A stretch of DNA of 64,000 nt, taken from the NCBI GenBank assembly GCA_000002435.2, contig CM018793.1. One strand, 5' to 3'. Every line of letters starts with the position of its first letter. Position 1 is the first letter of the stretch. The position numbers and the translations under genes are program-made. Below, in pieces: positions 1-9,915 of this stretch. Under the pieces are notes generated by a model. That model was not told the origin of the DNA, searched no databases, and saw nothing but the letters and a program-made list of their open reading frames with translations. The stretch is from Giardia intestinalis (lineage: Eukaryota).

Positions 1-8
1 CTCAGAAG

Positions 9-434
9 ATGGCCGCGCTATTTTACACACTTCCTCGGACGCTTGTCCCCGACTTTCCCTCCTGCGACTTAGCAACAAGTACTTCCATGCTTGTGAGATC
101 CTTGTTGGCAGGACTCACGGCTATCCCGCAGGGGCAAGAGTTCTTGGCCGGCGGCGTCTACGGCCAATCGCTGAAGCTCTCCACCCAGCTGCTCACAGCC
201 CCTGAGGGGGATGCTTCTGGGGGTAAGCTGGCCCCGTCCAGAGATCAAGTTTGGGCCAGCATTCTGCAGGCTGGATTTCTTGCGGCGCCGGAGGAGGATC
301 CATGTGCAGGCGCCGACACGTTCAGCCTGTTCGTCGAGGCGATGGACCAGATCGTCAGCGACTCCTTCGTCTACGCAGAGGCGATCCTGCAGGTGCGGCT
401 CGTCGGCGTCGCGCTCGAGCGGGCGGGCGAGTGA
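9..434 (+). CDS. GC-rich ORF of unknown function, possibly the 3' part of a gene starting upstream of the window
   Basis: 141-aa ORF beginning 8 nt from the window edge, with high GC3 like other Giardia coding regions. No recognisable motif. Ends at TGA 432-434, 8 nt before the tRNA-Val gene. Confidence 0.3.
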   Translation: MAALFYTLPRTLVPDFPSCDLATSTSMLVRSLLAGLTAIPQGQEFLAGGVYGQSLKLSTQLLTAPEGDASGGKLAPSRDQVWASILQAGFLAAPEEDPCAGADTFSLFVEAMDQIVSDSFVYAEAILQVRLVGVALERAGE

Positions 435-442
435 ACGGAAAG

Positions 443-516
443 TGATCCGACGGAGACTCGAACTCCGGACCTCTCGCACGTCAAGCGAACGTGCTAACCA
501 GCTACACTATCGGACC
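443..516 (-). tRNA. tRNA-Val(GAC): tRNA-Val, anticodon GAC
   Basis: Manual cloverleaf fold of the reverse complement GGTCCGA-TA-GTGT-AGCTGGTTA-GCAC-G-TTCGC-TTGACGT-GCGAG-AGGTC-CGGAG-TTCGAGT-CTCCG-TCGGATC-A. It has a 7-bp acceptor stem with one G.U pair, D and T stems, a TTCGAGT T-loop, U33 and a purine at 37, and is 74 nt long. CCA is not encoded, as expected in eukaryotes. The body resembles eukaryotic tRNA-Val, but the anticodon is GAC rather than AAC. Confidence 0.85.
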
Positions 517-579
517 GCGCCGCCGCGTGAAAACGCATAATGAATAAAATCGTTTTGTCTGAGCAGTAGGCTCTCGAAA

Positions 580-855
580 ATGGCGGCCCTGGACGAGATC
601 CGCGAGAAGCGCGCCCAGATCCTCAAGGAGCTCTGCATCCGCCGCGACTACACACATGCGCTCCTAGCCACGCCGGCAGCCGTGTGCCGTGCCCGTCGCG
701 CCGTCAAGGACGCCCAGGTCCTTGACTCCTGCACCATGGTCTTCCGTGACATCGACCGCGACGCCATTCAACGGGCCATCCAGCGCGAGCCCGTCCGCTC
801 CTCTTGGAGGAGCAACATGGCCAAGATCGACCCCATTGCGGCCGTCAAGAAATAG
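580..855 (+). CDS. small GC-rich hypothetical protein (91 aa)
   Basis: Complete ORF with an aaaATGg start context and very high GC3, typical of well-expressed Giardia genes. No recognisable domain. It ends 35 bp before the stop of the convergent HCMP gene. Confidence 0.4.
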   Translation: MAALDEIREKRAQILKELCIRRDYTHALLATPAAVCRARRAVKDAQVLDSCTMVFRDIDRDAIQRAIQREPVRSSWRSNMAKIDPIAAVKK

Positions 856-890
856 TGTAAATATTCAATCGTGTAATGATTTACAGAAAG

Positions 891-3800
891 CTAAAGCTGC
901 ACCATGGATGACTGTCTGGAGCCACTCAGCAGAGGCGCGGTAGAGTACATAGACGCAGTAAGACTAGAATTGTGAGTGAGTTGCGGCTTGGGGAGTCCAG
1001 GAGGTTTCCGCGGGGCGCGCTCCCTCAGTGGGCCGCCTCTCCTGGGCCGTATCACGAACCACCAGACGAGGAAGCCGGCCACCGCAACGAGGACGAGGAG
1101 GACGACGACCACGATCGCAGCCGTCGTGCCACCCGAGGATTTGTTAGATGGAGCAGGGACTCCGCAGACGAAGTCGCTTGTGAGAGAGAAGCCTTCATCG
1201 CATATGCAAGTGGGCTTTACGCCGTTCTCAGACACGCACCTGCCGTTGCCCCCGCAGATCGTCACGGTGCCGTCGGTGCCGCGCTGGACGCACTGGCTGC
1301 TGATACAGAGCTGGTCAAGAACACTTTCATACCCATACTTGCACTCGCATGTACTATCTGTGGAAAGTGGACAGTTGCCATTCCCCCCGCAGAGTGTCCC
1401 GCCGGAAACGCAGGCCGATGGGTAGCAAAGGGTCCCGTGGAGGGTCCAGCCCTGGCTGCAGCTGCAGGTAGCAGAGGATCCCTCGCCGGAGCACGTGCCG
1501 CCGCCGTTGCAGACTTTCCCGTCCTTGAGACACCTTGTGGGGATGCAGTCCCTTCCAACCAGGGTGTAATAGTTAGCACACAGACACATGTAATTGCCAT
1601 TGTTATTCTCGCAGGCGCCGAAGCCGCTGCAGAGCTTCTGGTCCGACGAAATACAATTGCTGTGCACGCAGCCATTCTGGCCAGGAAGATTTTGGAAACC
1701 AGAATTACAATCGCACTTCTTAGTATTTTCATTACACGTTCCACCACCGTCGCATACCTCTGCAGAGATGCTTGCATGCGCCCCGAAGCACTCCTTGACA
1801 AAGCACTGGCCGGTCTTCTTGTCTGTGCGATACTGATCACTGCACTGGCACATTCCCTGGCCAGCCACAAGGCTCGCGATGCATACTCCGCGCCCCTTAC
1901 ACACTGTTTTAGAGCCGTTCTCATCCGAGATGCACTGGCTATAAACACAGATGTTTGTCCCGACTAGGGTTGTCCCGGGGTTGCAAACACACGCCCCAGT
2001 GTCCTCGCCGTTATCATTACACGTACCCATGCCATAGCACGTTTTTTCTGTCTGATCGTATGGATCCGACCAAACGCATCTGGATTTTCGGCACTTCTTG
2101 CTAGCACTGTCAACGACGAAGCTCGAGTTGACGCAGACGCAGTCAAAGCTACTGCCACCAAACTGACAGCTTCCTATGTCAGTACTCCCATCGACACCAC
2201 ATCCATCTGTCGGACAGTTGTCAAGATAGCAGGCTCCGTCACTGTGTCTCTTATAATTTGTGGCACAGTTTTCACACTTTGCCCCAGTATACGCTGGAGG
2301 ACACTTGCAGGTTTTCGACTCAAGGGAACAAGTTCCTACGTTACCGCATATTTTATTAGTATCCGTTGAGGAATCAACACACGCATTTGGTATGCACAAG
2401 TACTCTCCAAAGATCCCATACTCAGAATCACACTTGCACGAGTAATGGCTCTTATCATTTGTTGCGCATTTCCCATGACCAGAGCACTCAACATTCTTAT
2501 CCGATCCTCCGGGTAAAGTTGCACTGCGACAAACCTCCTTCATGCACTTTCCATCCTCCATCTTGATGACATCATACCGTTCTCTTTTGCACTCACAATA
2601 CGACTTAGTCGGGTCAGTAGAATTAATGACACACGATCCAAAGTGACGACCGCCACACATCGTATCTACTTCAGCTCCTCCATCAAGCCTTGGAACTTTA
2701 AATATGCATTGCTTTGGTAGACAAAATCCATCAACCTCTGCATAATTATCAGGTTGCTGTGGTTGCTTGCACTTGCAAGTATAATCGAGGTGATTACCCT
2801 CTGATCCCACTTTTGTGCATTCTCCGACAGTCTCGCCACCGCAGATAGTTCTGGTAACTTTTCCTGTACTATCTGTAGTGTTAATTAAGCACATAGGACT
2901 CACACAGGTCTTTTCAAATGGCTCTGTTCCTCGATCGCATTCGCATCCATTGGGTCCGCATCTGCCCAAGCCTCCACAGATGACTGGTGTATCTGTCTCG
3001 GCTCCGCTAGAAATGCACCTATCCGAAATACATGTACTTCTCAACTCGCCGTTCACATCTCTAAGTGTGACCAATTTAGCATTATTATTGCACCTGCACT
3101 TCTTGTCCTTGAGTAGAGAATTTTCTTCAGCACATGTCCCCATTCCGCTACATACAATGGGCGGATCATCCGACAACCTTCTGTAGATGCACTTACTTGG
3201 AATGCATTGGGAATTGAGTTGGCCTCTTTCGTAGCCCTCGGAGCAGACGCAGCCGTAACGATTACCGCTCTTCACACATCCAGCCAGGACATCTCCTCCG
3301 CAATAGACATCGTTATATGATACGCAACTAGGATGGACGCAGATATTATTAATCAATTTAAGGGAAGATCTGCACTTGCATGAATAACTTCCGTTATCAG
3401 AATTCTTGTTGCACGTACCAAGGTATCCGTCATATACCTGACATTCAACGTACTTAACTTCGCTGTCATGAATCACCTTTCCAACGCACCCTGGATGAGT
3501 GCAGTAACCTCCAAAGGCCTCCAGGCCACTTTCGCACTCGCAGCCGTACCGGCCAGTTAGCTGGTTGTATGCGCAGACCCCCTTTCCGGAGCAGACAAGC
3601 ACGTTGATATCCGGATTCCTTATGTTATCTGATATGCCAACTGGCAGGCAGTCGTAGCTGTAGCACATGTCACCGATCTTGAGGAAGCCATTGCTGCAGA
3701 CGCAGGTTCCAGTACTGTCTATATATCCCGCACCAGGACCACCGCAGAGTCCCCTTGCTCGGTGGGTCTGTGGATTTGCGTTCTTACTCTTTGAAATGCA

Positions 3801-5924
3801 CGTCTTGTTGTACGTAACATAGTCCCCAGTGCAATTACACTGCCACGTTGTGTCCCGGCCAACAGTGCATTGATACATAAGGTTAGACTGAGGAATGCAG
3901 TAGTCTGGTGCATAGGGGCCAGCAAGTGTTTTGTCAAGCTTGCATGCATCAGTAACACACGCCTTCAAGTCGGGGTTCCACGTAGCATCTGGACCGCAGT
4001 CGCATTTATATCCTCCGCTTTTATCCTTCTTTTTGACACAGTCTCCCACACCGCCGCAGTAATTGTACCACATGTGACTATCGGGTTGGCCATCGTGACA
4101 GTCATTATGCATGCAGGTTTTATTGTGTTCTCCAAAGTGTACAAGGTGAAAGCCATTTGGACACTGAGTGCACGTTTCAGGTAGATCGGGTTTGTCGGAA
4201 GGTTTAGCGCACGTAGGCAAGTCATTAGCTGGCAGGTTTTCTGTTACATTCTCAAGGAATCCACAAAAGAACCTTCTCGTCTTGTCTATCTTACTGATAA
4301 ATACACATCCAGGCTTAGCGGAGAAGGTGCCGTTGTAGGCGGAGACATTCCCATCACTGGAGTCTTTAGGAACGCATGTGATGAACGGATTGCTAGGATC
4401 GCCGAAGGTAGTGTACTGACCATCTGGTCCGCAGACGCGTGAGTCAGCAGCACGTGCGGTGGGCGGTTGCGGCGTCGATATGATGCATTTTTTGGCGGTG
4501 CATACGCCATCTATCTCCTCTGCAGTGGTTGTATCACAAGTTTCGCACTTATTGCCTGTGTAGATAGGCGAACACTGGCAAGTCATCGTATCAGGAGCCT
4601 CAGCACTAACGACAATGCGTCCATGATCGCTGCAAACCGTGGCAGGGATATCCACCAGACTGCTCAAGATGCAGCGCCCTGGAGCGATGTAAGTATAGTC
4701 CTGATCACAAGTGCATTGTATATTTCGTAGATCGTCCGTCTTGCACGTGCCGTGTCCCGAGCAGACCTTCCCCAGCTCCTCGTCCATGCATGCAGGGGAC
4801 GTGCACTCTCCGCTGACGGCAATGAGCATGTCCGGGCAGCGGCAGTGGTACTCGCCATCGGACTTGACGCATGTTCCTCCGTTCTTGCATGATTCCTGGT
4901 TGTTTGAGGTGAGGCACCCCACTGGAACGCACTTGTCGCCTACCTGAGCGGATTTCCCAGGAGTGCAAGTATCACAGAGGTCGCCCGTGGCAAGCCCTCG
5001 GCAATCGCACTTATAGCCAGCCCCGTTGCGCACACAGGCGCCCACTCCACCACAGATCTCAGTAGCAGCGCTGTCTGTGCACGCGGAGTATGTGCAAAAC
5101 TTATCGACCTGGACTGCGTCTGGGTCGCAGGCGCACTTGGGGGCACCGTCGCCTTCTTCTATACATTTTCCAAAGCCCCCACAGACGACCGGGGACCCGT
5201 CGATTGTGGCCACGCACTCTGTCCTGACGCACTTGTGCCCAACGCGTGTGTAGCCAGCATTGCACTTGCAGCGGTAGTGATATGATTCGCGATCGAGGCC
5301 CACGTCGAGGGTGCACGTTCCCTGGCCTGAGCACACGACCCCATCCGAGTCCTGGCAGGCCCGCGCATTGCACGTAGGGAGGGCGTCAGACGAAGAGCTT
5401 TCCACAGCGATCGCGTTGGCGTCGTCGCACGACTGGCAGAGGCCCCCGCGATAGATCGGGTAGCAGTCGCACGCGTAGTCGTCAGCACTCAGCCCGGCCA
5501 GCCCGGGGTCCTTCAGGAGGCAGCGGCCGCGGCCGTTGCAGGGGGCCTTCGTTGCCTCCTGGTCTGAGTAATCGCCGGTGTTGAAGCAGCTCTTCGGCAG
5601 GCACTCGCCCTCGTAGGACACGAAGCCATCGGGGCAGGGGTCGCACGAGTACGCCCCCGCGTAATAGGTGCACTTGCTCGACCCTGTGCACTCCGTCCCG
5701 TTCACGAGGCAAGCGTAGTTGACGGCCCTGTCTGCGGGTGTCTGCCCACTGGTAGTTACCCTGCGGAACCCTGCACGGGGAGCATCGCACGCAGCCCCCG
5801 CCCAGCCCCGCCTGCACTGGCAGAAGTATGCTCCGTCCCCGTAGGCGCAGTCTCCGTTAACACATGCAGGTCCTGTCCCGCATGCACTGGCGAAGAATAC
5901 AGTAGCATACAGGAGAATCAGCAT
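891..5924 (-). CDS. high-cysteine membrane protein (HCMP), EGF-like/VSP-like cysteine-rich type I membrane protein
   Basis: 1677-aa ORF with an N-terminal signal-like segment (MLILLYATVFFASA). It contains hundreds of Cys in CXXC/CXC spacing and repeated GxCxC/C..G..C EGF-like modules. A single C-terminal TM segment (AAIVVVVLLVLVAVAGFLVWWFVI) is followed by a basic cytoplasmic tail. It lacks the CRGKA terminus, so it is HCMP rather than VSP. An AT-rich initiator (taaaatcactgtATG) lies upstream. Confidence 0.85.
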   Translation of the reverse strand: MLILLYATVFFASACGTGPACVNGDCAYGDGAYFCQCRRGWAGAACDAPRAGFRRVTTSGQTPADRAVNYACLVNGTECTGSSKCTYYAGAYSCDPCPDGFVSYEGECLPKSCFNTGDYSDQEATKAPCNGRGRCLLKDPGLAGLSADDYACDCYPIYRGGLCQSCDDANAIAVESSSSDALPTCNARACQDSDGVVCSGQGTCTLDVGLDRESYHYRCKCNAGYTRVGHKCVRTECVATIDGSPVVCGGFGKCIEEGDGAPKCACDPDAVQVDKFCTYSACTDSAATEICGGVGACVRNGAGYKCDCRGLATGDLCDTCTPGKSAQVGDKCVPVGCLTSNNQESCKNGGTCVKSDGEYHCRCPDMLIAVSGECTSPACMDEELGKVCSGHGTCKTDDLRNIQCTCDQDYTYIAPGRCILSSLVDIPATVCSDHGRIVVSAEAPDTMTCQCSPIYTGNKCETCDTTTAEEIDGVCTAKKCIISTPQPPTARAADSRVCGPDGQYTTFGDPSNPFITCVPKDSSDGNVSAYNGTFSAKPGCVFISKIDKTRRFFCGFLENVTENLPANDLPTCAKPSDKPDLPETCTQCPNGFHLVHFGEHNKTCMHNDCHDGQPDSHMWYNYCGGVGDCVKKKDKSGGYKCDCGPDATWNPDLKACVTDACKLDKTLAGPYAPDYCIPQSNLMYQCTVGRDTTWQCNCTGDYVTYNKTCISKSKNANPQTHRARGLCGGPGAGYIDSTGTCVCSNGFLKIGDMCYSYDCLPVGISDNIRNPDINVLVCSGKGVCAYNQLTGRYGCECESGLEAFGGYCTHPGCVGKVIHDSEVKYVECQVYDGYLGTCNKNSDNGSYSCKCRSSLKLINNICVHPSCVSYNDVYCGGDVLAGCVKSGNRYGCVCSEGYERGQLNSQCIPSKCIYRRLSDDPPIVCSGMGTCAEENSLLKDKKCRCNNNAKLVTLRDVNGELRSTCISDRCISSGAETDTPVICGGLGRCGPNGCECDRGTEPFEKTCVSPMCLINTTDSTGKVTRTICGGETVGECTKVGSEGNHLDYTCKCKQPQQPDNYAEVDGFCLPKQCIFKVPRLDGGAEVDTMCGGRHFGSCVINSTDPTKSYCECKRERYDVIKMEDGKCMKEVCRSATLPGGSDKNVECSGHGKCATNDKSHYSCKCDSEYGIFGEYLCIPNACVDSSTDTNKICGNVGTCSLESKTCKCPPAYTGAKCENCATNYKRHSDGACYLDNCPTDGCGVDGSTDIGSCQFGGSSFDCVCVNSSFVVDSASKKCRKSRCVWSDPYDQTEKTCYGMGTCNDNGEDTGACVCNPGTTLVGTNICVYSQCISDENGSKTVCKGRGVCIASLVAGQGMCQCSDQYRTDKKTGQCFVKECFGAHASISAEVCDGGGTCNENTKKCDCNSGFQNLPGQNGCVHSNCISSDQKLCSGFGACENNNGNYMCLCANYYTLVGRDCIPTRCLKDGKVCNGGGTCSGEGSSATCSCSQGWTLHGTLCYPSACVSGGTLCGGNGNCPLSTDSTCECKYGYESVLDQLCISSQCVQRGTDGTVTICGGNGRCVSENGVKPTCICDEGFSLTSDFVCGVPAPSNKSSGGTTAAIVVVVLLVLVAVAGFLVWWFVIRPRRGGPLRERAPRKPPGLPKPQLTHNSSLTASMYSTAPLLSGSRQSSMVQL

Positions 5925-6800
5925 ACAGTGATTTTAAAGATGGCCCTGGCTTACCATGTGTTAGTATGTTACAAACATAAGAAGGGTAATCCATAGGTTG
6001 GTCATTTGCGAATAAGAGTAGATTGCCTCTGAACTGTCCTCAGATGCTGCGTATAGCAGGATTAAATCGATACGTCACAAGGTTGAGCCTATTTTGGATT
6101 TTTCTTGAAACATTTGCTCTTTTCCATGGGGTGTTAGATCCATTTGACATGCATAACAGCGCGGGATTGCATGTGCAATACAGCGAGCTGCAAGTTCAGC
6201 AAGCTGATATTCTTTGGGCTGGAGAGCTCGAGTAAAGGTGGTAGTAGAGCCAAAACCCATCAGGCACCCATTAAACTGAGGAGCTGAACATACGATAGGT
6301 GGAGCACCGGTGCCCAGTCCCATGCATCTCAACTTAAGCGCGTTAGACAGAGCGATAGTGGAGACCAGCCTTCTCCGGTGCTTTCGTAAAACTACTATGC
6401 AGTGGTCTCCTGCTGAATCTACTACCGGTCATTTGAACGCTTTGTGCAAACTCTAGATCGACAGCGACGATCTATCGTTAGCCTTGACGTTCATAGATGA
6501 CGCATGACCACGAGATGTTAATGCACTTAGATTCCACGTGCTATCCTAGTAATGGAGACATGTGCCACTATCATCTACGATCGACCTCCACGCCGCCTTG
6601 TTTCTTGCTGCAGGCAAAGGACTTGGGTGTGATTTACTTGTCTGTAGTATCTACCACTGCGCGATGCTCCTCAGGCGGGGAGGCAGGCATGGCTCACCGT
6701 CCATGGTGATGTCATAGCAGCTTGCGCACGAGCATCAGCATTCCTTTGTCAGTGGTAAACGGCCACGAAAACGCAGACCCCGTGGGAGCTTCGGGGCTGT

Positions 6801-7265
6801 TCACAAAGGCTTTCCGCTCTCGATATGGTTGAGGATGCTGCGGCAGGTTCGCTCGACCATGGAGTAAACCAACTCAAAGCGGCCGCAGTAGTATGGGTCG
6901 GGGACATCTCCCCTTCCCTCCGGGTCATAGTCCCGGAACATCCGAACCTTGGACTGGTCGCGCCTCCCCACTTCCCGCATTATGTCTTGAAAGTTGCTTT
7001 TGTCCATGGCGAGGATGAGGTCAAAGTCGTCATAGTCCGACTTGCGCCAGTGCCTAGACTTCTTTGAAAAGGAGATGCCGAGATTGTCAGCTATGGCTTT
7101 CTGTGTGCCGTATTCCGTGGAGGTGTCTTCAGGATGCCCGAACATGCCACAGGAGTCCACCTGTACCTGGCTAGACAGGCCCGCCTTCCTCACTAGATGC
7201 TGCATGACCCCATGCGCCATGGGGGAGCGGCATATGTTCCCGAGGCACACAAAAAGGATCTTCAT
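6801..7265 (-). CDS. low-molecular-weight protein tyrosine phosphatase (LMW-PTP, ACP1 family)
   Basis: 154 aa with an N-terminal CLGNICRSP P-loop (CX5R signature of LMW-PTPs) and a C-terminal DPYY motif. Its length is typical of the family. It is divergent from RPL29 across a ~110-bp promoter region. Confidence 0.85.
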   Translation of the reverse strand: MKILFVCLGNICRSPMAHGVMQHLVRKAGLSSQVQVDSCGMFGHPEDTSTEYGTQKAIADNLGISFSKKSRHWRKSDYDDFDLILAMDKSNFQDIMREVGRRDQSKVRMFRDYDPEGRGDVPDPYYCGRFELVYSMVERTCRSILNHIESGKPL

Positions 7266-7377
7266 GGTCTGCTTGGGGGGAAAGGGAAAATATCACACAA
7301 AGATGTGAATTTATCACACTTCAACAATGTAAATCAAATTGCATTTGGTGCTTAAAACCTTCGAGCCCCCGAGACAG

Positions 7378-7566
7378 ATGGCGAAGCTGAAGAACCACAC
7401 CTCCAAGAACCAGAACCGCAAGGACCACCGCAACGGCATCAAGAAGCCCAAGAAGTCGGCGTACACGTCACACAAAGGCATGTGTCCCAAGTACCTCAGA
7501 AACCTGAGGAGGTCTCGCGCCAATGACCCCCGCCAGTCTCTCCGTCCGAACCTCAACAAGGAGTAA
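7378..7566 (+). CDS. RPL29: 60S ribosomal protein L29e
   Basis: [26 protein letters not shown]... closely matches eukaryotic RPL29 ([24 protein letters not shown]...). The track ORF (7339..7566) begins 13 codons upstream at a non-ATG (TTG) start, so the true ATG is at about 7378. The product is 62 aa. The coordinate may be off by ±1. Confidence 0.85.
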   Translation: MAKLKNHTSKNQNRKDHRNGIKKPKKSAYTSHKGMCPKYLRNLRRSRANDPRQSLRPNLNKE

Positions 7567-7819
7567 ATAAGGGTGTAACTTGCTTCTTCATCAGTGCTTC
7601 TGGTCTCCAGTACAGGAGTGATCAGTGCAGGCCCTAGCTAGAGCCGGGGAGAAAGATCTAGGCTTCTGACGGGCTTCTCACCGGCCTCTTGAGAATCCAG
7701 AGGGCAGCGAAAAGCGCGCTGAATGCCGTGTGCTGAGGCTAAACTGAGAAGTGCGAGTGTTAGATGGCTTGTGAAATTTCCAGGTAGCGAAAAAATAAAA
7801 CTCTGTCCAGCAGCCTGCA

Positions 7820-9778
7820 ATGTCCAAGGACACGGTCTTTCCTATTGCCGTTTTGATAGACGACCTGAAGAATGAAGACGCAAATGCCAGGCTCAGTGCA
7901 GTCAAACGCATAGATCAGATAGCTGTTGCCTTGGGCCCGAAGCGTACGAGGGATGAGTTCATTCCGTTTCTCTGTGAATGCGTTGACGACGATGACGAGA
8001 TTCTTATCGAGCTGGCGCAGAAGCTGGGGAAGTTTGTGGACCCAGTGGGAGGGCCCAACTACGCTCCAACCCTTCTGAACCCTCTTCGTCTTCTGGCGTG
8101 TGCTGACTCAAAACTCGTCCGGGATGAGGCCATAGCCTCTGCAGTGCGGGTTGGAAGCAAGCTCACCGACAAAGACTTCGCAACATCATTCGTCCCCATG
8201 GTCGAGGCCCTTATCAAGGGCGAATGGTATAATCACAGAACTTCCGGAGTGGGGCTTGCTCACCTGGTGTTCAAGCGCTGCACAACGTCAACTATTCGCA
8301 ATGACCTCCTTGAGGCCATCCAGCGCTTGGCCCAGGACACGTTACCTATGGTCAGGCGAACCGTGGCCGAGTGCCTCTCTCAGATCGTCGAAGATGCAAC
8401 GGGGCAGGAGATAGCATCCTCCATTAAGACAGTTCATCAGCTTCTGGGAGATGACTCGCAAGATTCAGTGCGAGCGGTGAATATTGCTACTACTCCCTAT
8501 GTGATGGTGGCCCTCAATAAGCTGCTAATTAGCGGAAAAGATGTCTCGGAGAATGTCATTCAATCAATAAGGGACGAGCTCTATCGTAAGTTCCTTTCTG
8601 TCTTCTGCGTAGATGAGTCGTGGCGTGTTCGTCACGCGTGTGCAGATATCTTTATCAACGTCCTAGAAGGATATCTAGGCTATACGACCGTCTTCGAAAA
8701 GCCTGCTGCCGCGAGAGCATCGACGACTGATGTGCCAGACTGCAACGAAGCCATAGATCTCATTTCTGACAATAAGCCCAACACTCTCGACACTCTGAAA
8801 GAAGCCAGTTTGAAGATCCTTAACAGTAAGCCGTCTGCGCCTGCAGGAAGCAACTACGACGCCGCAAACGTCGTGAGGGCCTTTGCAAAGCTTCTCTCCG
8901 ACGAAGAGCCAGAGGTCCGCTGCATCGCAATTCAGAGGGTTGTGCGCGTTGCCAGCCGCATCAGCCCGGCAAATATCCTTGCCTATCTCTTACCGGTTCT
9001 TACGGACCGCGCGTCCAACGATAACAGCATCTTTGTACGCTCTGCTTTGGCGAGAAACGTCGTCGGTCTCGCGCAATTTATTGGAAAGGATGACTCCATC
9101 AAGACAATTAAACCGATCATAGCAAAGCTTCTCGAGGATCGAGATCCCGACGTGCGTGTAACCACACTTCTTAGCCTGCCGCACATCATCGAGGTCACGG
9201 GCGTCCAGCCGTTCACTACCAACATCCTTCCCACGGTTGTCTTGTTAGCAGATGACAGCGACTGGCGCATTAGAAAGTCCGTGGTACAGGCCATCCCGGG
9301 GATAGCAAAAGACCTCGGTGTGGCCTTCTTCGATGAGAAACTCTCTGGTCTCTGCATGAATTGGCTTTCAGACACCGTTAACTACATCAGAAGGGCTGCG
9401 GTGCGCAATCTCGTTCAACTTTCGACTATCTTTGGGCAGGAATGGACGCTAAGAGTGCTCGTCCCCAAGATAGCAACTCTGAAGCAAAATTCAAACTATC
9501 TGCAGCGAATCAATGCACTCTTCTTCATCCAAGAGCTTGCGGCCGCTAGCAAGTCGAACATAGTGGCACAGCACCTAGTGCCCATTGCACTTCGCATGGC
9601 TACAGACCCCATCCCTAACGTCAGATTTATGGCAGCCGAAACACTGGGCAAGTGTGCCCCTTATGTGCCTGCGCAGTGTCGTGAGAGCCAGATGAAACCT
9701 TGCCTGATGAACCTGACGAGTGACGTCGACGTCGACGTCAAGGCCTTTGCAAAGGATGCTCTGAAGAGTTTACAGTAG
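7820..9778 (+). CDS. protein phosphatase 2A 65-kDa scaffold (A/PR65) subunit, HEAT-repeat protein
   Basis: 652 aa. The N-terminus (FPIAVLIDDLKNEDANARLSAVKRIDQIAVALGPKRTRDEFIPFL) and a later segment (WRIRKSVVQAIPGIAKDLGVAFFDEKLSGLCMNWLSDTVNYIRRAA...) align along their length with PR65/PP2A-A. The C-terminus ends DVDVKAFAKDALKSLQ, as in PR65 (DVDVKYFAQEAL). Confidence 0.9.
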   Translation: MSKDTVFPIAVLIDDLKNEDANARLSAVKRIDQIAVALGPKRTRDEFIPFLCECVDDDDEILIELAQKLGKFVDPVGGPNYAPTLLNPLRLLACADSKLVRDEAIASAVRVGSKLTDKDFATSFVPMVEALIKGEWYNHRTSGVGLAHLVFKRCTTSTIRNDLLEAIQRLAQDTLPMVRRTVAECLSQIVEDATGQEIASSIKTVHQLLGDDSQDSVRAVNIATTPYVMVALNKLLISGKDVSENVIQSIRDELYRKFLSVFCVDESWRVRHACADIFINVLEGYLGYTTVFEKPAAARASTTDVPDCNEAIDLISDNKPNTLDTLKEASLKILNSKPSAPAGSNYDAANVVRAFAKLLSDEEPEVRCIAIQRVVRVASRISPANILAYLLPVLTDRASNDNSIFVRSALARNVVGLAQFIGKDDSIKTIKPIIAKLLEDRDPDVRVTTLLSLPHIIEVTGVQPFTTNILPTVVLLADDSDWRIRKSVVQAIPGIAKDLGVAFFDEKLSGLCMNWLSDTVNYIRRAAVRNLVQLSTIFGQEWTLRVLVPKIATLKQNSNYLQRINALFFIQELAAASKSNIVAQHLVPIALRMATDPIPNVRFMAAETLGKCAPYVPAQCRESQMKPCLMNLTSDVDVDVKAFAKDALKSLQ

Positions 9779-9915
9779 GAGCTGGATGCCCGTTGTCTGC
9801 AGCAGCCCTTACTTGCCTTGAGTATCTTATTGCTGCAGTCACCAGTTGCGGATAGTACACAAAGCGTAGTAAACCTTACCTCTTAGTGTTAGCGTTCGAC
9901 TATGCTTTGGCAGTG

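Noticed and set aside
972-1967. 331-aa + strand ORF and 228-aa − strand ORF inside the HCMP gene
   Set aside because: Alternative-frame and antisense ORFs created by the GC-rich, stop-poor HCMP coding sequence. The 1677-aa Cys-rich frame is clearly the real one.
6358-6409. Possible small-RNA hairpin: 8-bp stem ggagacca / tggtctcc with a 33-nt loop in the 875-bp gap between the HCMP and LMW-PTP genes
   Set aside because: A single short stem with a large loop has no statistical weight, and no conserved snRNA or snoRNA box is recognisable by eye.
7339-7377. 13-codon N-terminal extension of RPL29 in the track, starting with a non-ATG (TTG) codon
   Set aside because: The ORF caller allows alternative starts. 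Homology to RPL29 begins exactly at MAKLK, so the extension is not reported as coding.
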